In this document: piece after piece, positions 11,307 to 21,991 of the stretch
Numbering within the stretch: the first letter of the stretch is position 1
Layout: the number at the start of each line of letters is the position of its first letter
Assembly (NCBI GenBank): GCA_038321985.1
Contig: JBBQFN010000013.1
Coordinates: 80,106 to 144,105, forward strand
Direction of reading: 5' to 3'
Source of the DNA: Cyanophyceae cyanobacterium
GTDB taxonomy: Bacteria; Cyanobacteriota; Cyanobacteriia; Cyanobacteriales; Laspinemataceae
Length of the DNA stretch: 64,000 nt
The notes under the pieces: generated by a model
What the model saw: the letters and a program-made list of their open reading frames with translations, nothing else
Database searches by the model: none
What the model was told of the DNA's origin: nothing
Position numbers and translations under genes: made by a program

Positions 11307-11946
11307 CGGCTCGATCTCTTAATACTTAATCCCGATTTATTATGAACCCTGTCTGCTCCTTCAGAATTCCACCCCCACGCTCCAAACCAGACTGGACCCA
11401 AAAAGCTCACCTTCGAGACCCCGGCAACCCCTGAAATTAACCCCTGTTGGCGTCGGCACTTGCCTTGTCCCTCACGGGGAATTATCAAGGAATTGCTGCG
11501 TCCAATTATGATTCCCCACGAATGAGTTAGGGTACAGTTCCCGATTCTATCGCTGGCAATTCCCGGTGGCTTTGGAACTGACGCCTGGGGAATCTTTCCT
11601 TTGTTTAAGGGTTGAAGGAGCAGATAGCCGGTGGCCGTTCAAAGGGTTGATCCCTCGGGCAGGAATTGGGAAGATTTGACGTCATCCAATGTTAAAGTTA
11701 GTCGAACTCCTGCTGTAGTGATGGGAGTTATCCCGAGCTATGTTCAGTGATTTTGTTGGCGATGGCGATCGCTCTTGAGTTGTAATTGCATGAAACAATG
11801 CCCTCAAGGTTTTCAACCCAGGGAGCTATTCCCCCGTAGTAAGCCTTACCACAAGCGGAGACTTTTCTCTGGCGATCGCTCTTCCGCTAGGATGGTAATG
11901 CAATCCTGCTATCACCATAAAGTCCCGCTGTTCTCAGGGTGCCCCG

Positions 11947-13485
11947 ATGGAAGCTGAAGAACTCATTAAAAAATATCTAGCTGGTGCCCGTGACTTTCCA
12001 GGGATTATGCTGACTGAAGTCAATCTCAGTCAAGCTAATCTCAGCGAGGTGAACCTCAGTGGGTCCAACTTGAGTATTGCCAATCTTAGCGGTGCTGACC
12101 TCAGTGGAGCCAACCTCAGCCATGCCAAGCTCAATGTTGCTAAACTCAACAGCGCTCACCTGAGTGGGGCAAATCTCAATGGAGCGGACCTCAATGTTGC
12201 CAACTTGGTGCGCGCGGATTTGCGCGGAACGCTGTTAATTCAAGCCTCGTTGATCCGCGCGGAACTGATGCGTGCCGAACTCAGCGGTGCCAACCTCACC
12301 CAAGCGGACCTCAATGGTGCCAACCTTCGAGAAGCTAAACTCCGACAAGCGTATTTAGTCAGCGCAAATGTCAGTGAAGCCGACATGAGGGGAGCCTCTT
12401 TAATGGGGGCGAATATGGAACAGGCCAATTTAAGAGAAACAAATCTCAGTGGTGCTGATCTCAGTGGCGCAAATTTAAGAAATTGCGAATTGCGCCAAGC
12501 TGATCTGTCTCATACCAAACTCATGGGAGTAGACCTTTCAGGTGCTAATTTGCGATGGGCGGATTTAAGTGAGGCCAACTTACGAGGAGCTGACCTCAGC
12601 GGGGCTAAATTAAGCGGCGCTAACCTCCGAGGTGCAGACTTGAGTCATGCCAATTTACTAGATGCGAGTTTGGTGTACGCGGATTTGACCTACGCCAATA
12701 TGATCCAAGTAGATTGGACGGGAGCCGATATTTCCGGTGCGACGTTAACCGGAGCCAAACTGCATGGGGTGTCTCGGTTTGGTTTGAAAACCGAAGGAAT
12801 TATCTGCGAGTGGCTGGATCTGAGTCCCAATGGCGATCGCACTCAAGTCTATCGATTTACCCCAGAAACCTCGGAAACCTTTTTTCATCAAACTCTCCCC
12901 ACTGTAGAGCTTTTGATTGATGCCGCCCTCGACCAAGATGCTCATTTAGCCTTAGCTCTGGCCTACCATCAAATCGCCCATCGTTATCCCGATTTAATCG
13001 AACCCCCCAATATTGAAGTAAGTTCCAGGCGGACGAAACTCAGCTTTAAAATTGGCAGTGACTTGTTATTGTTTTCCACTGCTTATGTGGCGATTCTCCC
13101 CTTTAAAGATGCTGGGGTAACTCAAGAGAATCTGGAACATTTAGTTGATATGATTGAATCGGAAGAAATTTCTAGTTTGCTCAATAATGCCCAAGAAAAG
13201 GTCAAAGAAATTAAAAATTCTCAAACCTTTTCTCGAATTGTGCAACGGGGTAAGTTTTTTCAATCTCCCACTCAAACTGTTTTGACCAATTCGGGCGATC
13301 GCACTTTAGATGTCCATCATAATCCCCTGTTTGGAAAACGGCTAGTTAATATCGCCCTGGGGAATAACGGAGTGCCTGCTGGACCCGCTATTTCTACTCC
13401 AAATTTTTCTCTCCCTCCGGTCAATTTATTGGTTAATTTTATTAAAGGCTTGCACTTTTCCTCGAACGCCATATCCCAGAAATAG
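11947..13485 (+). CDS. Pentapeptide repeat protein with conserved C-terminal domain (paralog 1)
   Basis: Long A(N/D)LxX repeat array followed by WLDLSPNGDRTQ and a ~220-aa non-repeat domain. Confidence 0.9.
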   Translation: MEAEELIKKYLAGARDFPGIMLTEVNLSQANLSEVNLSGSNLSIANLSGADLSGANLSHAKLNVAKLNSAHLSGANLNGADLNVANLVRADLRGTLLIQASLIRAELMRAELSGANLTQADLNGANLREAKLRQAYLVSANVSEADMRGASLMGANMEQANLRETNLSGADLSGANLRNCELRQADLSHTKLMGVDLSGANLRWADLSEANLRGADLSGAKLSGANLRGADLSHANLLDASLVYADLTYANMIQVDWTGADISGATLTGAKLHGVSRFGLKTEGIICEWLDLSPNGDRTQVYRFTPETSETFFHQTLPTVELLIDAALDQDAHLALALAYHQIAHRYPDLIEPPNIEVSSRRTKLSFKIGSDLLLFSTAYVAILPFKDAGVTQENLEHLVDMIESEEISSLLNNAQEKVKEIKNSQTFSRIVQRGKFFQSPTQTVLTNSGDRTLDVHHNPLFGKRLVNIALGNNGVPAGPAISTPNFSLPPVNLLVNFIKGLHFSSNAISQK

Positions 13486-13600
13486 AAACTCTTTTAAGAA
13501 GTCTTTTTCCCTTCTTTCTCCTCCAATTTTTTGGCCTCACGGCTCCTCCGACCCCGTACCTAGCTAACCCATCCGCAATTTCTTCACAGGAATACCACAT

Positions 13601-15163
13601 ATGCAAGCCGAGGATATTATCAAAAAATATGCAGCAGGAGAAAGAGACTTTTCTGGCATGGATCTGACTGAAATTAACCTCAGCCGCGCCAACCTCAGTG
13701 GGGCAAATTTCAGCAACTCCACTCTCAGTATTGCTAATCTTAGCGGCGCAAATCTCAGCGAAGCCAATCTCACTGGGGCGAAACTCAATGTCGCCCGAAT
13801 GAGTGGGGCCAATCTTAGTAAAGCCAAGCTCAATGGGGCTATTCTGAATGTGGCTAACCTGGTTCGTGCCAACCTCAGCGGTGCTGAGTTGATTCAAGCG
13901 GCACTAATTCGGGCCGAATTGGTCCGGGCTGAATTGAGTCGTGCTAACTTAAGCGAGGCGAACCTGAGCGGAGCCGATTTACGAGAAGCCAAGCTCCGAC
14001 AAGTGAACCTAAGCGGCTCTAACTTAAGTGAAGCTGATATGCGCGGTACAAACTTAACGGGTTCAAATTTGGAACGGGCGACATTGAGCGGAACCGACCT
14101 CAGCCGTTCTGAACTCAGCGGAGCGGACTTAACCGAGGCTGAACTTCGACACGCCAACCTGAGCCGGGTCAATCTCAGTGGAGCTAATCTCAGCGGAGCC
14201 AATCTCCGCTGGGCGGATTTAAGTGGAGCAAATCTGCGCTGGGTAGATTTAAGTGAGGCAAAACTGAGCGGAGCGAACTTACTGGGAGGGGACTTAAGTA
14301 ATGCCAACCTGATTAATTCCAGCTTCGTTCATGCCGACTTGACCCAATCTAACTTAATTCGGGTAGAGTGGGTGGGTGCGGATCTCAGTGGCGCGACTCT
14401 AACCGGCGCTAAACTCTACGGCGTTTCCCGCTATAACCTTAAAACCGAAGGGATTACTTGCGAGTGGGTTGACTTAAGTCCTCATGGCGATCGCACTCAA
14501 ATCTACCGCTTTTCCGCCGAAGAAGCCAAAAAATTTTTTAATCAGACCCCCCCAACAGTCCGAATTATTATTGATGCGCCGTTAACTCACCATGGCAATC
14601 AAACCTTAGCAGAGGCTTACCATCAAATTGCTAATCAAGCGGAAATCATGCCTCATCCTCCCACTATCAATGTCGGTTATCGCCGTACCGAGTTGGTTTT
14701 TAGAATTGATAGCGATCGCGATATTTTTCCTACCGCTTATATTGCCATTATCCCCTTCAAAAATGCCCTTGCTACTCAGAAAAATATCATCACTTTAATG
14801 AAAATGCTGCAAGCCTATGCGATTAACAGTCACAGCATGGAGGCGATTAAACAAATTAAACAACTCAGTACAGCCTTGAGTCAAACCATCCATGCCGTTA
14901 ATGAATTAAACATCCCCCCGCTTACCTTTGATATCAGCGAAAGTCATAATTTTTTTGAATCTCCCACCCAAGTGCTACTGACCAATTCCAGCGATCAAAG
15001 TCTTCAAGTCTATTACGATGGCAGTTTTGGAAAACGTACCATCGGGCCGTCTGGTTCGGTCAAAACTGCCACGGGAGCGACCATGAAAGCCACCAAATTT
15101 GCATTACCGAGTATCAAGAGTTTAGTTGATTTTATTGATGGATTTTACTATTTTGATAGTTAA
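13601..15163 (+). CDS. Pentapeptide repeat protein with conserved C-terminal domain (paralog 2)
   Basis: Collinear with the upstream gene over its whole length; WVDLSPHGDRTQ motif. Confidence 0.9.
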   Translation: MQAEDIIKKYAAGERDFSGMDLTEINLSRANLSGANFSNSTLSIANLSGANLSEANLTGAKLNVARMSGANLSKAKLNGAILNVANLVRANLSGAELIQAALIRAELVRAELSRANLSEANLSGADLREAKLRQVNLSGSNLSEADMRGTNLTGSNLERATLSGTDLSRSELSGADLTEAELRHANLSRVNLSGANLSGANLRWADLSGANLRWVDLSEAKLSGANLLGGDLSNANLINSSFVHADLTQSNLIRVEWVGADLSGATLTGAKLYGVSRYNLKTEGITCEWVDLSPHGDRTQIYRFSAEEAKKFFNQTPPTVRIIIDAPLTHHGNQTLAEAYHQIANQAEIMPHPPTINVGYRRTELVFRIDSDRDIFPTAYIAIIPFKNALATQKNIITLMKMLQAYAINSHSMEAIKQIKQLSTALSQTIHAVNELNIPPLTFDISESHNFFESPTQVLLTNSSDQSLQVYYDGSFGKRTIGPSGSVKTATGATMKATKFALPSIKSLVDFIDGFYYFDS

Positions 15164-15466
15164 ACCTTCCCTATCGAGTTTAACTCCCTAACAGGTATTT
15201 ACAATCATTCCTAGAGGTCAGGAAAATTCCCACCCTATCACTCTACTCGGTCACTAATTGCCCACTCTTTTTGATACCGGAGTGGGCAGAAAAACGCTAC
15301 CCGCATAGGGATAGACTTTAAAATAAGGTTAAACCTTCAAGTTTTTAATAGAATATAATGTAGCTAGAATTCTCAAGAAATATCCCCTCTTTTCTCGAAA
15401 AGCCAGTGAAGTTCCCCAGGATTCCAGCCCTCCTAATTTTCTAGATTAATTTACCAATCAAGACTT

Positions 15467-16057
15467 ATGCGCGATCGCTTTAAAAAAATGATGGGCCGTT
15501 CCCGGTTTGTCGTCTCCCGAATCTTTCTTCATCTGGCCGGAAATGATGTGGCCCCCCTCCTCGGTGTGCTCAACCAAGGGATTCGACCTGTTGTCGATAG
15601 TGATAATGCAGACATGGAAACCCTCGGGGAAGCCCTCGTGGAAATCTGCGAAAGTCTCTTACGCTACGATGACTATTGGAAATCTGCCGCCAATGAAGGG
15701 GATGTGGTATGGGATGAAGCAGAGGCAGGAGACTATTGGACCGAGCTATTTACCGACTCTGCGGCTCGATACGGGAGTGAGGTTCGGGTAGAGGATCCGA
15801 CCTCCGAACCCCTATCCCTACCTGTAACCCGCAATGTGGTAGTCATGATTACTTTAGCCGCAGAGGGCGAAGTCCCGGAACTGGAAACCGACCTTTCTAA
15901 CGTCGAAGCCTTAAAAGCCGGACTCAAGGGGGCGATCGCCCTGCACTACCAACAGCGACTACGGGGGATTCAACTCCACTTTTCCCCCGCAGCGATCGGG
16001 GAAGAACTCACCGAAGACCAACTCTTAGAGTATTTTCCCGAACTCATCCCCCTGTAA
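15467..16057 (+). CDS. DUF1517 domain-containing protein
   Basis: Resembles the soluble DUF1517 core (L..I...LLR...YW, VVVMITLA, L.EDQLLEYFPEL.PL). Confidence 0.65.
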   Translation: MRDRFKKMMGRSRFVVSRIFLHLAGNDVAPLLGVLNQGIRPVVDSDNADMETLGEALVEICESLLRYDDYWKSAANEGDVVWDEAEAGDYWTELFTDSAARYGSEVRVEDPTSEPLSLPVTRNVVVMITLAAEGEVPELETDLSNVEALKAGLKGAIALHYQQRLRGIQLHFSPAAIGEELTEDQLLEYFPELIPL

Positions 16058-16179
16058 ATCCCCACCGGCGATTAGAAATTGTCTTCTCTTACAATCAATG
16101 AAAGAGCAGCCGTACCGAGTTTCTTATTCCTGGGTACGGTGAATCTTGAGCTGAATCCATTCCACCCACTACTCCGGCC

Positions 16180-17052
16180 ATGTTCCAGAAACTAATCTCA
16201 GCCTTAATGGTATTCATGCTGTGTTGGACGACAACCGCCTGTAGCAGCCCCCGTTCGTCTTCCTACAGCGAACCTAACCCCAGCGCATCAGTCACTCCAA
16301 CCCGAATGACTGATGGTCGCTATCCCGTACAACAGGCCACTTATAACGACACTAACGGCGAATACAGCCTGTTTTTGCTGAATGCCACGCCCTCGGTCTA
16401 TCGGACGGATGATTTGCCCATGGCGAGTTTAACCCCCGAAGAAGTCTCGGGGGGTCAAAAAAGTTACCTTCAGGTCGAGTCGGGTCAAGGGTCCCTGCAT
16501 TTGAGTGAAGATTTCAAAATCGAATATATCCACGCGGTTACTGAAACCCAACCTAACCCCCAAACGGGTCAACCCGAAACGGTGATTGTGCGTCAGGAAT
16601 CTAGCTTCTGGACACCTTTTGCCGGTGCAGTTGCCGGACAAATAGTCGCTAATGCGCTATTCACACCCCGCTATTACGTTCCCCCCATTTATCAACGGGG
16701 GGTCGTGATGACCGGGTATGGCGGTTATGGCAATTCTTATCAGCAAGCGGTTCAGCAATATACCACGCGCTACCAAGCGCCACCCGCAGCGGTCAAAAAT
16801 CGTCAGACTCAATTGCGGACAACGGGTCGCGTCCGGTCTAATCCCAGTAGTATCAATCGTCCCTCGTCGGGAACCTCGAATTCTCGGCCTACAGGGTCTG
16901 GGGTCGGTGGAAGTAATCTCGAACGCCCTGCCTCGAAACCATCGGGTAGCTCAACTCCTCGGCGCGGCAGTTTTGGGAGTGGTCGTTCTTCCCCATCTCC
17001 GGCTCGTTCGGCTCCTCGTCGCTCTAGCGGTGGCTCACGTCGTCGTCGTTAA
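16180..17052 (+). CDS. Putative lipoprotein with Ser/Gly/Arg-rich disordered tail
   Basis: Signal peptide ending in lipobox-like TTAC; SSFWTPFAGAVAG glycine motif; basic low-complexity C-terminus. Confidence 0.75.
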   Translation: MFQKLISALMVFMLCWTTTACSSPRSSSYSEPNPSASVTPTRMTDGRYPVQQATYNDTNGEYSLFLLNATPSVYRTDDLPMASLTPEEVSGGQKSYLQVESGQGSLHLSEDFKIEYIHAVTETQPNPQTGQPETVIVRQESSFWTPFAGAVAGQIVANALFTPRYYVPPIYQRGVVMTGYGGYGNSYQQAVQQYTTRYQAPPAAVKNRQTQLRTTGRVRSNPSSINRPSSGTSNSRPTGSGVGGSNLERPASKPSGSSTPRRGSFGSGRSSPSPARSAPRRSSGGSRRRR

Positions 17053-17156
17053 ATTTAGGACTAAAATCAAGAGAAGCACGGAAAAACCCAGTTTTTCAGG
17101 GCGATAATTAGAAATGAAAACATTTTTAATGATCGCTCTTGCAAAATTGCCAAGAG

Positions 17157-17197
17157 ATACCGATACTCCCTCTTGTCTGAGGGGGGAGTATCGGTAT
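17157..17197. terminator. Stem-loop downstream of the lipoprotein gene
   Basis: ATACCGATACTCCC...GGGAGTATCGGTAT, 14-bp arms. Confidence 0.55.
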
Positions 17198-17388
17198 TGA
17201 GGCTAGAGGTCGAGTGACTGAAGCTGGGTCTTTGGCTGAATCTTCAACTTTTTCTTAGAGGACTTAGGCCTCAGATATATCTGTAGGGTGGGCAATGCCT
17301 ATCGGACGCTACATTTATGCTTTAGCTTGACTTGCGGAAGTCCGATTACATTTTGTACGGATTTGTGCCAATCCGAGATTCCCCTGTT

Positions 17389-18963
17389 GTGATTGAACTA
17401 GAAGTCCACCAACAACTCCGAGCATTCCTGCGATCGCAGGGTGAACCTTACTGGCCGCATCATTTGACGATGGCGCGGTTAGTGGCCCGTGCCTTTCGAG
17501 TCGGTCGCAGCGCCCTGATTCAGACCGGCATCCCCTCCGTAGGCGCTCATGGAGGACATCGACTCAGTTACCTAACCCCTGTACTCATCTGGCCCGGTCC
17601 CGCTATCCTAGTGGCACCGGAACCGATTCAACAACGGTTACTGTTGGTGGAAATCCCTCAGATGCAGCAGTGGATTGAGACAAATAAGACGATTCGCATG
17701 GTCACCGATGGAGCCTCGGGGGGCTGGCGTTGGCCCGGTGCGGATTTTCAAGGAGTGCTGATTATTTCCCCAAAATTATGGCTGGAAGATGTCCTGGGCG
17801 ATCGCAGCAAAATCCCCCGAGGAATTCCCACCATTATTGATGGTGCCGATGACCTAGAATCTTGGGCCAGTGAGCAACTTAGTATCACCCTACAACCCTG
17901 GGACTGGACTCAACTGATGGTCTCTTGCCCTGATTGTGCTGCCATCATTCGCGATGCCAGGGTGCAGCTGACTCGGGCCTTGTTCCAACATCCGGCTAAC
18001 CCCTACGGCTGTTCATTGCTGGAGTCTGAGGAACAAGAAATTTTAACAGGTCTCTACGAGAGCTTGCAACAGCGCAACGGTCCTCCCCCAGTCCCCTGCA
18101 ATCCCGCACCTCTATTACCAGAACTGCCCGATCGCTGGATTCACTTTTGGCAGCAGTTCCACAGCAACAATTGCCTCCTGTGGGCCTCCATTGATCGAAA
18201 ATTGGGTCAATTTACCCTCTGTGCAACCCCAGTAGAGGTAGCCTCGGCCCTAGGGCCCGTGTGGGACCAACAGCCCGTCGTCTTGATTGGGGGGGCATTA
18301 GATTTAGAAACCTCAGCGCCCATCTATCGCCAGCAATTGGGATTAGGAGATGTCACAACTCTCAAGTTCTCCCCCGATCGCCAGAATGAGATGATTCAAC
18401 TGTATTTACCCGAGGGGATTCCCATGCCGAATACCCCGCAGTTTGAATCGGCATTATTAGAACAACTTAGAACCCTACTTTGTATCGCTGCCACCACTGC
18501 CGGACCGATTGTTATCCTCGTCGGAGATGTCCCCCTTAAACCCCGTCTAGGTTCAATTCTGGCCGGTGAATTTGGGTCTCGGGTCCAGGTAGAAAATATT
18601 CAAGTGAATGAACAGAGTATTTTAATTACGGGTTGGGAGTTTTGGCGAGAACATCAAGGCACGTTACCCCCTCCAAAGTTACTGGCGATCGCCACCTTGC
18701 CGATTCCCTCCCTGGAACATCCGTTAGTTGCGGGGCGCGTTGCTCACTACAAGCGCGAACGCCAAGACTGGTTTAGATTGTATCTGTTACCGACAGCCCT
18801 GGGAGAATTGCAACGGGCGATCGCGCCCGTTCGTCAACGGCAAGGGGTTGTCGCCCTCCTCGATAGTCGCGTCCTCTACCGCAGCTATGGAACTCAATTT
18901 TTATCCGCCCTCAGTCCCCTCGCTCGAATTGACTATTTAGATGCCACTTCCTTTGTGAATTAG
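17389..18963 (+). CDS. DinG-like helicase C-terminal domain protein
   Basis: Cyanobacterial MIExEVHQQLRAFLR...WPHHLTMARLVARA start; C-terminal LQRAIAPVR...VALLDSRV...YG (Helicase_C_2-like). Start set at GTG 17389. Confidence 0.8.
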   Translation: MIELEVHQQLRAFLRSQGEPYWPHHLTMARLVARAFRVGRSALIQTGIPSVGAHGGHRLSYLTPVLIWPGPAILVAPEPIQQRLLLVEIPQMQQWIETNKTIRMVTDGASGGWRWPGADFQGVLIISPKLWLEDVLGDRSKIPRGIPTIIDGADDLESWASEQLSITLQPWDWTQLMVSCPDCAAIIRDARVQLTRALFQHPANPYGCSLLESEEQEILTGLYESLQQRNGPPPVPCNPAPLLPELPDRWIHFWQQFHSNNCLLWASIDRKLGQFTLCATPVEVASALGPVWDQQPVVLIGGALDLETSAPIYRQQLGLGDVTTLKFSPDRQNEMIQLYLPEGIPMPNTPQFESALLEQLRTLLCIAATTAGPIVILVGDVPLKPRLGSILAGEFGSRVQVENIQVNEQSILITGWEFWREHQGTLPPPKLLAIATLPIPSLEHPLVAGRVAHYKRERQDWFRLYLLPTALGELQRAIAPVRQRQGVVALLDSRVLYRSYGTQFLSALSPLARIDYLDATSFVN

Positions 18964-18965
18964 GG

Positions 18966-19058
18966 TCATTATAAAATCTCTAATTTTTAAATGAAACTTA
19001 CTCTATAATTGTCTTTTTGTCAAGTACAATTTACACCAAATTAGATGAGCTTACCCTG
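18966..19058 (-). mobile_element. Isolated ISAs1-type left-end fragment (~93 bp)
   Basis: Reverse complement aligns without gaps to 22075-22167 (CAGGGTAAGCTCATCTAATTTGGT(G/A)TAAATTGTACTTGACAAAAAGACAATTATA...). Confidence 0.85.
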
Positions 19059-19093
19059 CAAACCCCACGAAAATAAAAGAACAAAAATAAAAG

Positions 19094-19423
19094 ATGGTTT
19101 TCTTACCCAAAGACTCCATTATTAACTCATCAAAACTCACTGAATATTTACTCGTCCAACTTCCTAAAGATGATAAATCTAAATTCTTAGCACAGGCAGG
19201 ATATACATTAGAGAACTGGCAACAACTAGAACAAGATTTAAGAACCCCAGTATTGACTCAGCCTGCTGAACCCATCGAAACCACCCCCTATGGTCAAAAA
19301 TATATGATTCAGGCAACATTGCGAGGTCAAAATGGTATTGAACTGAGAACCTTAACAATATGGATGGTCAATAATAAGGGAACCCAATTTGTAACCCTAG
19401 TCCCCGACAAAGGAGAAAATTAA
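19094..19423 (+). CDS. DUF6883-like protein (putative toxin)
   Basis: KLTEYLL...DKSKFL..AGYT..NWQQLEQDL...YGQKY...L.G.NG....TIW....FVTLVP pattern. Confidence 0.7.
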   Translation: MVFLPKDSIINSSKLTEYLLVQLPKDDKSKFLAQAGYTLENWQQLEQDLRTPVLTQPAEPIETTPYGQKYMIQATLRGQNGIELRTLTIWMVNNKGTQFVTLVPDKGEN

Positions 19424-19746
19424 TGAAACCTCAACATCCTCTATTTTCTCAAGTTGCCCTCGCTGAAGACTTGCCCCAATATTACCTAAAACGGGGCGAT
19501 ACTGCCACCATTGTCGAACATTATCCCATGCCAGAACCCCAAGAAGATGGTTATAGTTTAGAGGAGTTTGATGTTCCTCAAATTACCCTTGAAGTGACTG
19601 CCTCCCAGATTATGCCCCTGAGTGACTATTTAAGAGAAGAAGCAATTTTAAGTAAATTTCGGAGCCTCTCTGAAAACCGACAAAAACAACTGGAAGAATA
19701 CCTGGATTTGCTTTTACAAAAAGAACAAACAATCCCGGTGAATTAA
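19423..19746 (+). CDS. DUF4926-like protein (putative antitoxin/immunity partner)
   Basis: LFSQVALAEDLP...LKRGDTATIVEHY....EDGYSLE.F pattern; TAATG overlap with the upstream gene. Confidence 0.7.
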   Translation: MKPQHPLFSQVALAEDLPQYYLKRGDTATIVEHYPMPEPQEDGYSLEEFDVPQITLEVTASQIMPLSDYLREEAILSKFRSLSENRQKQLEEYLDLLLQKEQTIPVN

Positions 19747-19964
19747 GAAATTGAGGTTTTAGCGCCTGTGGCTTTCAACAGTATAAAAAGAGTCAATATC
19801 CTCAAGCCTGGGAACCTTTGCCGCAGTCCCTCGCCTTGTATTAAAAAATCAGGGATAAGGCTCGTATGGCAACCTATTGGGGACAGTTAGGCTCTATCCA
19901 GCGCTATCGGGGCAACTGGGATGAAGCCGAAGGTTATATTTGAAATCTTGATGAGCAAAAGCTG

Positions 19965-21101
19965 ATGAACCCTAAACCTAGTGCGATCGCCTCCTTTATG
20001 ATCACCCCGCTTTACCTATTGGGCAGTTTATTGTTACCCGGTTGTTTCGCCATGCTCCAAGGGTCATCGGGGGGTGAAGTGGGCGAGTCATCAGAGCTTG
20101 CCTTTGGGGCTAAACGCACCGCTGAAATCGATCGCCTCGTTGCAGATAGTCTCTGGGAAAATGGGCCCGGTGTGGCGGTGCTGATTCTTGATCAGGGGGC
20201 AATATGGCAAAAGGGCTATGGTTTCAGCGATGTGGCGGTGCAACGCCGGATTACGCCGGATACGGTGTTTGATTTGGCTTCGGTATCCAAGCAAATGACA
20301 GCGATGGGGATTTTAATCCTCATGGAGGCGGGAGAATTGGAACTAGAGGATGCAGTCATCGAGCATCTGCCGGATTTTGCCGATCCGAACCCCGATGACC
20401 CGATTTTAATTGCTGATTTGCTCTATCACACCTCGGGTTTAGCGGACTATACAGGTGATGCTTGGCAGGGGACAGATGAGGCTTTTGCCCGTTTAACGGT
20501 TGAGGATCATTTGCAATGGTTGAATGAGCAGGATATTGAGGGCGATCGCCGCATTGAATTTGAGTACAACAATAGTGGTTATGCTCTGTTAGCCTTAATC
20601 ATTCAGCGGGTTTCGGGGCAATCTTTTGGGGACTTTATGGCAGAGCAGATTTTTAAGCCCTTGGGGATGAAGAATACCGTGGTGTTTGCGGATTTAGCAC
20701 AACAGATCCCCAATCGGGCTGAGGGCTATGCGGTTTCCCCTGAAGGGAAGGTTAAACCCTCTGCGTTGCCTTCGGTGATTGTGGGGGATGGCAATATTTT
20801 TAGTTCCATCGCTGATTTAGCCCGTTATGATCAGGGGTTACGCAATGGCGATTTGGTGGAACCGGCAACCTTACAATTAGCTTTCACATCGGGGACTTTG
20901 GATAATGGCGAATCTTTTGCCTATGGTTTAGGGTGGACAGTGGATTGGGACTATGTGGAGCATAGTGGGAGTTGGTACGGCACAAGCACTTTTTATCGCC
21001 ATTATACAGAGAAGCCGGTGACGATCATAGTGTTGTCCAATGATGAAAATTATCCGGTGGATGAGTTGGTGGATAATCTGGCGAAGTTGCTGTTTAACTA
21101 A
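19965..21101 (+). CDS. Serine hydrolase, beta-lactamase class C/AmpC-like family (probable lipoprotein)
   Basis: SxxK (SVSK), LLYHTSGL, YxN (YNN) and HSG motifs. Confidence 0.9.
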   Translation: MNPKPSAIASFMITPLYLLGSLLLPGCFAMLQGSSGGEVGESSELAFGAKRTAEIDRLVADSLWENGPGVAVLILDQGAIWQKGYGFSDVAVQRRITPDTVFDLASVSKQMTAMGILILMEAGELELEDAVIEHLPDFADPNPDDPILIADLLYHTSGLADYTGDAWQGTDEAFARLTVEDHLQWLNEQDIEGDRRIEFEYNNSGYALLALIIQRVSGQSFGDFMAEQIFKPLGMKNTVVFADLAQQIPNRAEGYAVSPEGKVKPSALPSVIVGDGNIFSSIADLARYDQGLRNGDLVEPATLQLAFTSGTLDNGESFAYGLGWTVDWDYVEHSGSWYGTSTFYRHYTEKPVTIIVLSNDENYPVDELVDNLAKLLFN

Positions 21102-21480
21102 GATTAGGGTTGCCGTCTATCAGCCAAATGTAGATGGGTGTATCTAATAAAATTTTTCACATATACTCACCAAAATCATTAAGAGGTGCGTTAAAGTCTT
21201 CTGCCCTCTTGATATTTCCTTGCATACAACCAAATAAATTTTTACGGATGGTTTTTTTGTCTACAACTAGGTTCGGCTGTTGTTACCAACGGCTAATTAA
21301 GTAAAAGACGAGTTGCAACTGCTCTTTGCGATCGAGTTGGGTGACTTCTGCTAAGACTTTTTCTAGGAGGGGACTCATCATTTACCTCAACTTTGGGATT
21401 TCTTTGATGGTAATACTTTGGGAGGGTCAGGGGGAAAAAGAGGGGATGAACGCAACCGGCTTTATGGGATGTGTGGGACA

Positions 21481-21545
21481 AGAAACCGGGTTTCTGACAG
21501 CATCTCTATTCCCTCACCAAGATTTAAGAAAGAAACACGGTTTCT
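21481..21545. repeat. Paired AGAAACC(G/C)GGTTTCT-type palindromic short dispersed repeat
   Basis: AGAAACCGGGTTTCT at 21481 and AGAAACACGGTTTCT at 21531; degenerate relatives near 9268 and 17081. Confidence 0.7.
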
Positions 21546-21730
21546 CAGTCGCGCAGATGGGGTAAAATCAGGGTGCTATCCCCTAACCGGTGTGTGGCGA
21601 TGGATGAACAACCCGTGCAGGCTTATCTCTCTCTGATTCAAGAACTCCTCGGCTGTCCGGGTGGGGAGGGTCAGGCGGCGATCGCGAGAGTGATTAATAA
21701 ATGTATTTTGAAATGATGAGGTGATGATAG

Positions 21731-21991
21731 ATGCAAGCGATTAATATCCAAATTCCCATCGAATTAATTGAGCAAGGGGAGACGGCAGTTTTAGAAAAAA
21801 TTGCCATGCAGCTTTATGAAAACCAGATATTTACCCTTAGTCAAGCCCGTCGATTGGTGAATTATTCGGTGTGGGAATTCCAAAAACTTTTGGGAGAAAA
21901 TCACATCGTTCGGCAATACGACCAAAATGATTTAGCAGAGGATATCGAAGGGATTAAATTAGGATTGTGGGATAGTGAAAATCATTTGTAA
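21731..21991 (+). CDS. UPF0175 family protein (putative antitoxin)
   Basis: IAMQLYENQIFTLSQARRL....WEFQKLLGE......YD..DLAEDI pattern. Confidence 0.8.
   Translation: MQAINIQIPIELIEQGETAVLEKIAMQLYENQIFTLSQARRLVNYSVWEFQKLLGENHIVRQYDQNDLAEDIEGIKLGLWDSENHL

Noticed and set aside
12240..14307. Antisense ORFs over pentapeptide genes (also 42694-43086)
   Set aside because: Shadow frames produced by repetitive codon usage on the coding strand.
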